DNA of 64,000 nt from Penicillus capitatus. Lineage: Eukaryota; Plantae; Chlorophyta. The position numbers and the translations under genes are program-made. How positions within the stretch are numbered: the stretch's first letter is position 1; each line of letters opens with the position of its first letter. Of this stretch, positions 1 through 12,565 are shown in pieces. The notes below the pieces were generated by a model that was not told the origin of the DNA, did not search any database, and worked only from the letters and a program-made list of their open reading frames with translations. The stretch is from the NCBI GenBank assembly GCA_965649825.1, contig OZ287699.1:1208477-1272476 (forward strand), in the 5' to 3' direction.

Positions 1-87
1 AAAAACACGGATCGGTATCTCTCCCGTCTGACCGATTTCGCAATACCCAAGTGCGTATCTCTCCGACCCTCGTTCACAAGATGATGT

Positions 88-3000
88 ATGCCTTCAGTGT
101 TGAGCACGGGAATAGAGCAAGGCAAAGACAATGGCGCCTCCGTCGGTTTCAAATCGATTGGCGAGTCGGAGGACGATGGCGACGAATGTCCCGTGAAAGG
201 AATGACACAAGACCCTCTCTTCGGCCCAATAACCTCTAAGAAAACTAAAAAGCGTTCGGAGTCGACGACGAGTCGCAATCGGAACCATGCGACGCTTCCC
301 GAATTGGACTTGACGGAGAGTCAGACCCTGCGAGTAAAATACAGGATGCAGAATGGCATGACCAGTGTCGGAACGTTTGCGGCGACGTTTGCGCCTCTAA
401 CTGTTCCTGTCTCAGGAAACACCCCGCCGTTTCAGATTGTCCTGCACCCTATAGACCCGAACCTGCCGACAGTGATACCACAACCGGCGTTGATGGGCCC
501 ATCCATAATGTCCCACGTTCGCCCCCTGATGCCGTCAAGAGAGATGCCTATTTGTGTATCGTTGCCTGCTGCGGTGGTCCATCCACCTGTCGTGCATCAT
601 CCCACGCCGTCGCCTCTCATCACAGGGCCTGCTCCAAATCCGACCGTCTCTGCTGTACCTGCCAGAACGGCAGTGATGCAGGGAGCATCTCAGAAACCGG
701 ACTCCAATAATAAGGTATGGACGGGTATGTGTCTGAAGTGACAGGGTGGAAGCTGGATGGTATCTAGGAGTCCGAGATGCAGCAAGTGAAGGATTTGGTT
801 GATGAGAAGGGATGGCGTGTGACGATTCGTCAGTACCAGTTGGATCTCTACCGAGCCGCCTGCCGCAGGAATGTCATTGCATACTTAGATACAGGATCTG
901 GCAAGACTTTCATTTCTGTTTTACTGATCCGGGAAGTGGCGGCGAAGATGGCCTATAAGGCTTCGACCGAAGGGACACCCCGGAAAAGCATTTTCTTTTT
1001 GGTCCCCAAAAAAGTGCTGGTCCACCAGCAGGCGGGTGTTCTGAAGCAGTTTACGGATCTCCGTGTCTCTGAACACTCGGGGGATCGATTCAATGAGGAC
1101 GTCTGGGATACCTCCACCTGGAGGTGCTACATTTTACGAGCAGATGTCTTGGTCATGACGCCACAGATTCTGCTCAATCTCCTTCGGAGACAGTAAGCGA
1201 TTTCTTCATCACCTTGATGTGACATCTGAACGTGGTTAGAGTGATGGGTATTTCCGAGATTGCGCTCATCGTCTTCGATGAATGCCATCATGCACGAAAA
1301 AACAGTCCATACAACTGTATCATGCAGGTATGTACCGAACAGCATTACTGGTGTTTGGTGTGAGCCGTCTGATCTAGGAATACTATCACAGAGCCAAAGA
1401 TGCGCAGCGGCCTGTACCTAAGATCTTTGGCATGACAGCATCTCTCGTCACGAAGAAACGCAATTCTGACGAGGTCTACAACAGCTTTCTGGAGCTGGAG
1501 AGCAATCTTGACAGTTTGATCATGACAACGAGTCGCGAAGACGTTCAGAAGCATGCGACCTCTGCCATCGAGCGCGATGTGCCGTACAGCATGAACACCA
1601 CGCAAGAGCAGCTTCCTCAGACGTTTCATCTATTGGAGAAGGCAGTGGTGCGGCTGACCATTGCGAATCGACTGAGTATACAACATCATCGAGGACGTGC
1701 TGGTGGATCCTCCTCATGGCAACTCGATTCCAAGAAAGTCAAGGGCCCATTGGAGCAGCTTATTCGACAGATAGGCAATGTCCATCATGTCATCACCGTT
1801 ATGGGTCCATTACCTGGCATCTACGCCTTGTCTGAAGTTGCGGACACCTGGCGCGAGAAAGAGAACAAGAAACTGACCACGTGGAATTTTCCATCGGACA
1901 AGAAAGTGACCGATTTCAGTCTCCATGATGATCGTTTCGAGAAACATCGCGATCTCATCGACGAGAGCTTTGGGAATATGTCAGAGATGCTCTATCATTC
2001 TATGCTGGACATGGGAGTGGCTGTATTGATTGGACTGTTCCAGATTCGAGAGGAAGAGGCACGGATGGAATTGCAGAACGAAATGCAGAGTGCCACAACA
2101 AGTGATCGACCAAAGTCTGTACGTTCCGTTCAGTTAGCTTTGCGTCGTTTGCGAAGCAAACTGGATCTCCAGCCTCTCGAGAAGCTCATTCAGGATCCAT
2201 CTCCATCAGAGGAATGCTTGAACAGCCCTGCAGATTCTGCCAGCTCTGTTTTTCTCTCTCATCGAATGCAGCAGTTATTGAAGGTTTTGATGGTGGAGAA
2301 GTCGCGAATTCCTCCGGAAGAACGCTCAAAGTGGCGTGGAATGATCTTTGTACAACAGACACTGATGGCCATCATTCTGGAACATGTTCTCAGCATCAAC
2401 CCTCAGCTCTCATTCTTCAAATGCCAGAGCTTGACAGGACACAACGGTGCCATTCTGGCGGCGTCTATGGAAGACCATCATCAGCGCAAGATTGTCGAAA
2501 TGTTCCGCACGGGTCGGGTGAATCTCTTGATCTGTACCAGTGTGGCTGAAGAAGGACTAGACATCACACACTGTTCTATGGTCATTCGTTTCGATCTTCC
2601 CGTCACCGAGGCGTCCTACATCCAGAGCAGAGGACGTGCCAGAAAACCGGGTTCATCTTATGTCATGTTCATCAATGCCGATGATACGACCGAGAAGACG
2701 ATGATTGTCAATCTCCGTTTCGCAGAGCAGTGCATGAAGCAGTTTGCTATGTATCGACAGAATCGTGATGACATGGATGATGATGAAGACGTTCTTGGGG
2801 GAACCTATGAGGCCTACTTGGAAATCGCCGAAGCTGAAACGCAAGCGATCTTGCCAAAGGTTGACGAATCGAATGAGGTTGCCCAGAGAACAGCTCCTGA
2901 GATGATTGCTAAGTATGTGCAGCAGCTGCCACAGGACGAGTACTGTCAACTGCAACCGCATCTCATTTTCCGCTCGCGTGACCAGCAGGGACGGACAGAG

Positions 3001-6000
3001 TTTCAGTATCAGCTCACGCTTCCCGTCAACGCAGCTGTCAACAAAGCTATTCTGGGAGAATGGTGCGGCTCGAAACAGAAGGCCAAACAGAGCGCATGCT
3101 ACGCCGCCTGTTGTGAACTGAGAAAGCTGGGAGAGCTCAACACTTCCTTCTTCCCGATTTCTCACAGAGAACGTGCCGAGCCCAGGAGAAGAACCTTCAA
3201 ATCCTTTGGTTCCCAACTCAAAGTCGAGACAGCGATCAATCCAGATAACCTTTCAGTGCAACATGCTGAGTGGAAAAGTGTGGCTGAACGATCAGCGGAG
3301 GCGCCGCCTACGAACGGTCTCGTCCTGCATCTCCAAGTCGTCCGATCGACGCCTGAAATGGAAACACCTTCATCGTCATCTCATCCAGGTTTTGCTTCTC
3401 TTGATTTCTCGCCCCCTCCCTGCATGATCTGTTCTGTTCCAGAATCGCTGCTCTTTGGAATTCTCTCTCTGAAGAAACTGGACAACCTTATGCGTTTTCC
3501 TCTCTACCCTGAAACGGGCAACATTATGGTGGATTTTTTGGATGCTGGATCGAAAGTTGTGTCCAAAAAACAGTTGCAGACGCTCAAGCACTATCACTTT
3601 GCTGTCGAGGAGTCTCTCTATTTCAAAGCTAAACTCTTTACAGCCGTCTGTCGTCAGAAGAGTGACATTATCGAAGCTCTCGTCGATGAAGATGTCGATC
3701 TTCTTCCAGAATACCTGAAGTCAAGTCAAGAGGATCAGCCAGTCCTGAACAAAAGCTGGTATCTGGTCTGTCCTGTCAAACTTTCGACAGGCGACACTTC
3801 CAATGAAGAACCGGATCCGCTGTACCAAAATTCGTCGATGGACAACGATGTCGATGAGGTAATGGACACCACCGAAAGTGAAGAATGCTCAGACTACAGG
3901 ATCGATTGGGAAATGGTGGAGCAAGTCAGCCAACGCATCAAGCATCTCGACAAACCTGGACTGACGAAGTAGGATCAATCTGTGGCTCTCGTGGATGGCT
4001 GAGGGGCATCGTGGATGCGATGATGTGACAGGGTACATCCAGATTTGGCATCACTGAAGAAAGGAGAGATCTTGCTGTCGCCGTATAACAGCAATGCGTA
4101 CAAACTCATGGGCATACGAGATGATCTGAACCTCGAATCGAAGTTTCCGTCGCGGCCCAAGGCCGAGTTCTATGATCCGAGTGTGACCAAAGTACACATC
4201 TGCTGTCACATCAGAGAAATGTGTGAGAATGGTGGGCTTGTAGGAATACAAAGGAAGTTTTGTGCCCAACCGGTCCAATCGACAGTTCTCTACCTTCCTG
4301 GAGTACTACACAGAGCATTGGAAATTCAGTGACCTCGATCTCGAGCAACCTCTCTTGGAATGTGTGACCTTCAAACAGATTCCTGTGGTGAAGAGAGCGA
4401 AGAACCTGTTGAATCCATTGTGGAAACAGGCAAGAGATATGGACGTCTCAGAGGAGCACTTGGATGACTGGAACATTGCCATTCACATGTTACCCCAACT
4501 CGTTGTCATCTATCCCCTGAGCTATACCTTCTGGCAATCCTTGAGCTACATCGTGGCCGTCTGCTGGAAACTCGAATCGATGCTGAAGGTGGGGGAGCTT
4601 CAAGAGAACCTCTTTCCTCCGACGGAGCCTATCCATCCATCCATTGGCTCACCTGATGTGGCACTCATCTACGAGAGCGTCAGCAGTAAGAGCTGTCATG
4701 AACACTGTACCTATGAGAGGCTGGAATTCCTGGGCGATGCGGCACTGAAGTACATCTCATCGTTGTACTGCTATTTCAAGTTTCCGTTGGGACATGAAGG
4801 TATCTTGACCACACAACGCAGTTCCATCATCTCCAATTACCAGTTGGCCAATGTCGCGGTGACGATGGGACTGCAGAAGTATGTACGGAGCATCCAGATT
4901 GGGGAACATCCATGGAAGCCGGCAGGATGCGAGTTTCTGGACGCATGCTGGGCACAGCTTGGCAAATCTGGCATCGGGCATTCGTGGTTTGGCGGCCGGA
5001 CACAGAAGGCCAGCAACGAAAACGCAGCACATCAATGCGAAACGTGTGTCCTGCCGGTCAAACAGGTGGCTGACATCGTGGAAGCACTCCTCGGTGCATG
5101 CTTTGTACACAGTGGCATTCCCTGTGTCTGCGCTATCATGCGTCGAATGGGCCTTCTGGATCCATCAGCAGACTTCATGCTGACCATCCAGACCAACCAG
5201 GATGCCTGGCTCAGAGATGTGGGAGATGCTATGTCTCCTGGACTGGATGGCCTGTCCGACTTCGAAGAGACAAGAAAGCGGCGTTTTGAACATGGGCGCG
5301 AGATCATTGGACTTGAAGATGTGATTGGCCACGACTTCGAAGCGCCGTCCTTTGCCCTTGAGGCTTTGACACACTGTTCATGGCCACACCAGGATCCTCC
5401 ATGCTATCAAAGACTTGAGTACCTAGGCGATGCTGTGCTCGATTTCATGATCGCTGTGCACTACTTCAATACGTATCGGGACATCGATCCTGGACAACTC
5501 ACATCTCTGCGCTCTGCCTCAGTGAACAACGATCGGTTGGCATGCACAGCTGTCAAGACAGATCTGTTCACACACCTGCTGCATTTCTCATCCTATCTCC
5601 AATCGCACATTACCGACTACGTGATGAACTATGCAGAGGGAGAGAGATCCGGCGCGCCAAAGGTTCTTGGAGACATCGTCGAATCGATGATCGGTAGGAT
5701 CCAACTTTCCGCTGTTCTGCTGACACAACAGATCATGATGCAGGTGCCGTCTATCTGGATCTGTATGGTGATTTTTGGGCCACGTGGAAAGTGTGGGATC
5801 CCCTTCTGCAACCGCATTACACACCGGAAACTGTTCCGATACATCCGGTCGTGGAATTGACGAACCGTTGTCATGCCAAAGGACTCGAACTGAAGTTTGC
5901 ATCGATCAAGGACGTTGCCTCGTCCTCGCAGGGACCTGAGAATGGTGAAGCAAACGAAATGGACATTTCGAACTCAGACGATTCGGATGGAGACGAAGAT

Positions 6001-6189
6001 TGGATCGCAGAGAAGCCGTGTGGAAAACAGGGTCTGGGATTGGATAACCAAGAGCCTGCCAAACTGCGAACGGTGCGCGTGATGGTGAACGGAAAAGTGG
6101 TCGGCGAAGGAAAGGGTGCCCATGTTAAGGGTGCAAAGAAACAGGCAGCCGTTGCAGCATTAGAGTCCTTTCCATGGGATTTGGAATAG
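88..6189 (+). CDS. DCL: Dicer-like RNase III (DExH helicase, helicase C, DUF283, PAZ-like, two RNase III, dsRBD); spliced
   Basis: AYLDTGSGKT, VFDECHHA, MTAS, SVAEEGLDI, ERLEFLGDAALK/ADIVEALLGA, QRLEYLGDAVLD/GDIVESMIG. Intron 715-767 joins the Pro-rich ORF at 88 in frame to the helicase. TAG stop at 6187-6189. Confidence 0.93.
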
Positions 6190-6222
6190 ACTAATGGATA
6201 TAGCCATCCGTCCGTCCATCTA

Positions 6223-8122
6223 TCAATGCACCGATGTGTCAGACGTCCTGTAATTTCGTTTCAGATTCGTGAGAGATGGTTGTCCAGTCCTGGCACCGAT
6301 CTCTGTGCACTTGCATGCGGCAACGACGCCAGAAAGCTTGAGCATTTCTGGAAGTGGGAGCTGATGGACAATGCCATAGAGAACAGCCGCAAAGAAGGCA
6401 TCTCCTGCTCCCGTTGTGTCCACAATTGCCTCCTGATAACATTACCAGTCAAGCATGGAGGGAGGTGCACGGAATGATTGGTACCTTCTTGATACAGGCT
6501 GCTGTGGCGACAGTTAGTCGAACGGCAGAGGAGTGCGATGAACTGTCGTCGTCCTTTCTACTGTAATGCTCGTGAGATGCTGGTTTCCCATCGGCAATGG
6601 CTGCTTCTCTGGCACGCTCCCTGTCAGGCAAACGCTCCTTGATGAACAGAACCGTGTCACATCATGTGCGCACTTGGCGGCAGCCTTCACGTCTTGGTTG
6701 CTCTGGACCGAGCGCTTGAGCATCGCATAGAATGCATCGGAGCTGTGAACATTGCCACACCTGACCAGAACAATCATGTTATCTACATCAGATCAGCAAT
6801 GGCATACCAAATGGGCGTCCTATTGTTCGAGACGCAATCCGGCTCATCACGATCCGTCTCTGTTGCCGCCAATTCCTTCCAGCACTGCTGCAGGTGGTCC
6901 TCTAACACGAGTTTTTGCATATTCTGCAAAGATACAGGTAACATCAGTAAGAGTCTGTCTTCGATGTGTATGCTCTGCCTGAGAAGGCATAGGGTGGCGT
7001 TGAATGGCAACGGATCCCTTAGCTCCCAGAGTGGTCACCAGAAGCTGTGCGTTTTGAAATCGATGGAGCATGGAAACAAGCGCATCACCCAGACAGGCTT
7101 CGCCACTGAAATCCTGCACGTCACGTCATTATGAACAAAGTGTTCGCCCCCGAATGTCTTGTACTTCTGGGAAGTTTTTGGAGGTGACAACGATGTCGGC
7201 CAGATCGATGAGCTGCTCCAAATTTGGCCGCAGTCTCTCTGCCTCCACCAGAACCTAATCACACCATAGAATGCTCAACGTCCCATCATTACCCCTCATA
7301 TGCCACGGACAGGAATCGCTTTCTCCTTCGCTGCCTGTGCCACTCGCACTGCCGCCTCTGTCAAACGTCCATCAAAGTAAACCAGACGAGCACCGTCCAG
7401 AGAACGTTCAATGTTCTCCGATGTGACCTCGGATGGATCTAATGGATCTGCTGGTGTGTGAATGCACGTGCGAGTATCTCCTGGAGATGTTACTTCAACC
7501 AGAGAGATGCCTGTGGCTTAGCGGACAGTACCGGCGGCATCGACGATGATGTATGTAAAGCCAGAAGGGCGTCCTTGGGCCACGACCACGCAACTTGTAT
7601 TGATTCCTTCCGACTCCAACTGACTGACTGACACAAGACCATGAAAACGGATGGCTATGCAGGACTGCTGCCTGTGTGCTTACAGCAATGTCTGCGTCCC
7701 AATAGAATCGTCTCCCAACTACAGGGCAGCTTCCTTCAGCTCAGTCATCTCCTGTCAGATGCTTGCCTTGGTCAGAATCCATGGCTGGAGACCCAGTTTC
7801 GCCGCTCCTGTCAGCGCATTGCCGCAGTTTCCACCACCCTGAACCTGCAAGCCAAAGATGAATCCTGTCCAAGGGGAGAGTAAACCTCGAAGGATTCGGT
7901 GCGGATCTTCTGATCAGGTTTAGGATAGGCAGAAACAACGGCTAAGTAGTCGAGTCCGGCGCCGCCCATTCCCGCAACCTTATACACCGTCGATTCCTGT
8001 GCAGATGCGACACAGAGGTGAACGCGTAAAGCCCGTCGCGCATGCGGTCTCCATTGTCGTCGCGTTTCAAATCGCCCGAGAGCAACGAGCGGCGCCGCGG
8101 TAATGACACTCACAGGATACAT
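6223..8122 (-). CDS. PfkB-family carbohydrate kinase with putative plastid transit peptide; spliced
   Basis: GGAGLDYLAVV, GGGNCGNALTGAAKLG, VTTLGAKGS and DTTGAGDAF motifs across exons; Arg-rich N-terminus. Confidence 0.88.
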
Positions 8123-8198
8123 ATATACCCACGATCTTGTTTACACTAAAATGCACATTGGATGTGACGCTCGGTGCACAAGATAGTCAGTCGCCTTG

Positions 8199-9427
8199 TT
8201 ACACATTCACTTTCTTAAAGGCTTCTTCGAGCCACTGGTGTAGCGACTTCGCTGCATCTTCCCATCTTGTATCCTGTACAGAGCACAGCATCTGTGCCTT
8301 CTGTCAGAGGCGTGATGTGACGTGACGTACGAGCATGACATCGTGTGCTATGTCTTTGATCAGCACCGGTTCGACGCCACACCACTCACCCATTTCTTGA
8401 AGGGCTTCCCTGTTTTATCCTCTCACACAAGAGTGACCCGGAATGAAGGGACTACGCATCAACGAGGACATCGTTCTCTCCGCCGAGGACAAACGCAGGA
8501 AGCGTCCGATCTTCTAAAGGTGGTAGGGGAAGAGAGGCATTGACGGCTCGGATATCCACAATTCTAGTCGAATTGGCTTGAGCCAACTCTGTATAATATC
8601 TAACACATTTTTCACCGTGGCTCTGTTTTGAAGTCTCGAATCGTGCGCTCACTTCATAAGTGCGTCCTTCGGAAGATCTTCCGAAAAGAAAAGGAACCGT
8701 GCCAACTCTGGATCTTTCTGAAAGCGTCTGAAGAGCAGTACCCTAGAAGCAGAGATCATGAGACGTCACATCAGATTCCGATGATCCCTGCAGCACCATG
8801 TGATACGAAAGGACTTGATGAGGTCTTTCTGCATGAAGCGCAGGATGATGGTTCCGTTTCCAGTCGGCGGAGTGGAACATATAACGGCATATCCGCTGCA
8901 ATGCTGGCGCTCTCGACCAAGAGCCATGCTTTGAACGACGAGTCCAGAAAAAGAGTGAGCGATCACGATCGGCTTTGCATCCAATGTATGAGCAAAATGC
9001 ACCACATCTTCGGCAATGGACTGTATCGTTCCCGAAACTTTAAGCTCCTGACCATCGCTCTTTCCATGCCCTCGCAGACTTAAGGCATAAGAAGGGTAAC
9101 CTCGCTGAGCGAAGTACGGCAGAAAGTTCTCCTATAGAGGCAGAGGAAGATGTCGGCGTCTTATCGATGCGATAAGGCTCCGATTACGCGCCAGCACCAA
9201 GCGCCGTGCGCAGAACCGTGGATGAAGACGAGAGGGAGCTTCCCTGTCGCTTCCATCGGGATGCTCGACAGAATTTCGAGCTCTGTGCCATCCGGCAGTC
9301 GATGGCGGCTATCGCGTTCATCGATCGCCCTTCTGCGCCATTGTCCGGCGATCTGCCGTGAACGACTGTCCAGAGAGCGGACGCTGCGATGCGCCTTCTG
9401 TAATGCGAACGGACGATAAGACGTCAT
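8199..9427 (-). CDS. Alpha/beta hydrolase with putative organelle transit peptide; spliced
   Basis: LVFIHGSAHGAWCW, nucleophile elbow AHSFSG, VLGGENDVLVD, AHDVML-DTRWEDAA ending in TAA at 8199. Confidence 0.85.
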
Positions 9428-9472
9428 AGTGCAGAAGCGTCAAAAGTAGTAGAAAAAAGAAGAGAGATGTGA

Positions 9473-12337
9473 TCAGTCCATCGTCAGATCAAGCAATGTA
9501 CAGACATGTTGTAAGACGGCCTGCACAGTGGATCTGTCGCTGACGAGGTGACTCTGTGTAATACCCAGCGCGAAATCCTCCTCAGGGATGGCAAGACCAA
9601 AGGACCCACCCAATCCTGGATGACCCAGTCCATAGACCAATTCTCCATTGCCTTTTCTTTTGAAGACGAAAACGCGGAATCCCAGACTGTAGGCACGTTC
9701 GGCAAAGGTGGCATAGCCTTTGTACGCGTCTTCGTGTTTTGAGGATTGTTCGTGCAGTTCTCCGTAAAGGGGCTGGACATCCATCAACGGAGAAGGTGCT
9801 CTTGGAGACAAGGCACTGTAGAATCGTGCCAATGCCCTTGCAGACATGTGCCCATTGGCACTCGGAATACATGCCTCCCGCACTTGACGCATGTTGAAAG
9901 TGGTGGGATTGAAGAGATATTCAGATCCCTTAAATTTCTCCCATCTTGGCCCACTGGACGTCGGTGGTGCGTTCTGTGCGCCAAAAGCAGTGAGAACGCC
10001 GTCAGGTGAGGACGCCAGAGACTCCATGTGCAAAACGGCCAATCGATCGTCAGATATGTTGGATGGCAGACCGATGTGCAGTTCATCTCCCAGATCCAAT
10101 GGCTCAATGATCCACTCCGTCAGCAATGTGTCGATGCTCTTGCCTGTCATGCCTTGGAGGATTCCTCCGACGAGGTATCCAAAAGTGAGGTAGTGGTATT
10201 CTTCTTTTTCTCCGGGAGCATGTGCCGGTGGAGATTTTTGGAGAAAGGAGAGCATCTGTGTCCAGTCCAGAATCTCATCGAGGGTGGCAATGTCTGGCAA
10301 TGCCCCTGCTAACCCAGCTCGATGATTCAGCACATGACGCAACGTGCATTGTTCCTTGCCATTCTGCTCGAATCCGGGCCAGTATTTGGACACAGGGTCG
10401 TCATAACTGGCACCCGTTCTTTGAATCGCCATGTGCAAAAGGGCTGCCGCGATGCCTTTGGTGACAGAGAAGACATTGAACAGCGTATCTGGTTTGACAG
10501 GACGGGGATCTGCGGTGCCCAGTGTCCCAGCTGTCACATCAGCAAGAAAGGCTCCCTTATGTATGACAGCCACCTGCATGCCCAGAAGCTTCTCTCTTTC
10601 CTTCACTTCCTGCACCACTTTGCAGATGTGCTGCTGAAAAGACGCATTCCGTGCCAACGTATCAGGGTAGATCAATCCCGAAGCATGGTGCCTCTGATCG
10701 ATCGCCTGTTTCAGCGTATCCAGTGCCACAGTCGCCGTGGTTTTGAGATAGGGATAACGCACTTCCATGGTCGAACAGAGTCCTTTCAGCAATCCAATGA
10801 CTCGCGTGAAGAAGACCAGTTCTCCAGGCCAGGCATCTACGGGGCGTTTGGGTCTTGGACGACTTTGCTGTTTGGCTCTGTACTCTTTCAAGCGCCTTTC
10901 CTTCTCGGCCTTGGCTTCTGAAGCAGGGACTGTTTCGAATGCACGGCGGAGATTGACGATGTCCTGAAATGGATCCTGCTCTCGTACCTTCAGCCCCATC
11001 TCTTCAAAGGAACGCAGCAGTCCGTCCATATCCATCGTGTAACAGGAATGCACTAAACGTGCGAAGGCCAGTTTGATCTTCTCATCAAATCTGCGTGCGA
11101 GGCCAAAATCCAAGAGAACTGGAACAGACGTGTCGCCGCCATTCTGAGCGACATTCGTCGAGATCAAGATATTCCCTAAAGGCATGGCGATGGATCGACA
11201 AGCAGATCTCTCAGGAAGAGCGTGATGCATTTTCTGACCTGGGTGTGGATCGGCATTGAAATGTCCATCGATGTGCATCTGAACGGCCCATGCAGCGCAG
11301 ATTCGATCGAGGAGGGCCAATCGATCGACTCTGTGCTTCTCATAGGACTCCACTTCCCGAACACTGAATCCTTGACAATACTCCATCACCAAAACGTCTG
11401 GCTTGACAAGTTCATCGTTCGGAATCTTAGGCACGATGACTTTGATCCCAGCTCGTTCCATGTTGGCACGAATCTCTTTCAAATTTCGCGCCTCGTTTCT
11501 CAGATCTAGCTCTTCCTACAGTTCCAGAACATAAACATCCCCTTCTGGCAGGTTGTACCATACCTTGACGGCTGGAATCCATTCCTGCACGATTTTGCGG
11601 AAGTCATAATCTTCGTTGATCCTGAAGAGAGTCCATCGGTCAAGAAAAGTGTGTTTTCGCGAGTTCTTACCATGCTATCCAGTTGCACAGCGTTTCGAGA
11701 TTGGAGAGATCGTTCTGCATGAGCTTCTCCACGTTCTTATGCCGTGCCTTGATGACCACTTCCTCTCCGCTCTTCAATCTTGCTCGATGCACTTGAGCGA
11801 CGGAGGCGCTGCTTATTGGCACTTCGTCGATGTCTGAAAAGAAAACGGAACGAAAGGCACTGCCTAGAGACTGCTTGAGCATCTCGTCCACTTCATTCCA
11901 CGAACGAGACGGTAATGCATCCTATTAGCAGTCTCACTCTTCCAAGACATATTTCTCACTCTTTTTTCGACTTGGAGTTTTCGAAAGTGTTGGATGTAAG
12001 GGAGAGGCATGATGTCTGGCCGTGAGCTGAGGAATTGTCCCACTTTGATCCAGAGTCCCTTCAAATCGACAATCGACTTCGAAATCGCCTGCCATAACAG
12101 ACCTATATCTTCTCACTCTTTTCGCATTCCACTGATAAGTACCTCGGCGTTGTGTTCATGCGCTTGCTCCCAAAGTACGTCGAGTTCTGGATGAGAAACG
12201 TCTTCATCTTCAAGGGAGAGACCTAAACGCTTCTTTAGCCCACGCTCCTTCCATTGCGTTCGCTTGATCCGCCAGAAAACGCCGAGAGCAGTAGAGTAGA
12301 CGCTGCAGGTGCGCACGGAACTCGAAACGGCGTCCAT
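9473..12337 (-). CDS. ABC1/ADCK atypical kinase fused to a serine beta-lactamase-like domain; spliced (start may be 12430)
   Basis: GLWIKVGQFLSSRPD, GHFNADPHPG, LLDFG, then FSVTK (SxxK), YHYLTFG and GHPGLGG. Confidence 0.88.
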
Positions 12338-12565
12338 CTGTTGAGTATGGCGATCTCCGTGCCGATTGGTCAACGGCGGCGAACTCGGCGTTCTTCCAGT
12401 CTGCGGGGAAACCGCAGCAAGAATTCGCATTCGATCAGCTATGGGTTACGTAATTCCTGCCCTTCATAAGGTAACGATCGAAGACACCATGCACTGGTAG
12501 ACACATAGATATGATAAATCAAAGAATGTGGTTGACAGCCCTTTAACGACGATGTCCGTCCAATA

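Noticed and set aside
9473-12337. ABC1 kinase-beta-lactamase fusion as a novelty
   Set aside because: This architecture is already known in plants and algae.
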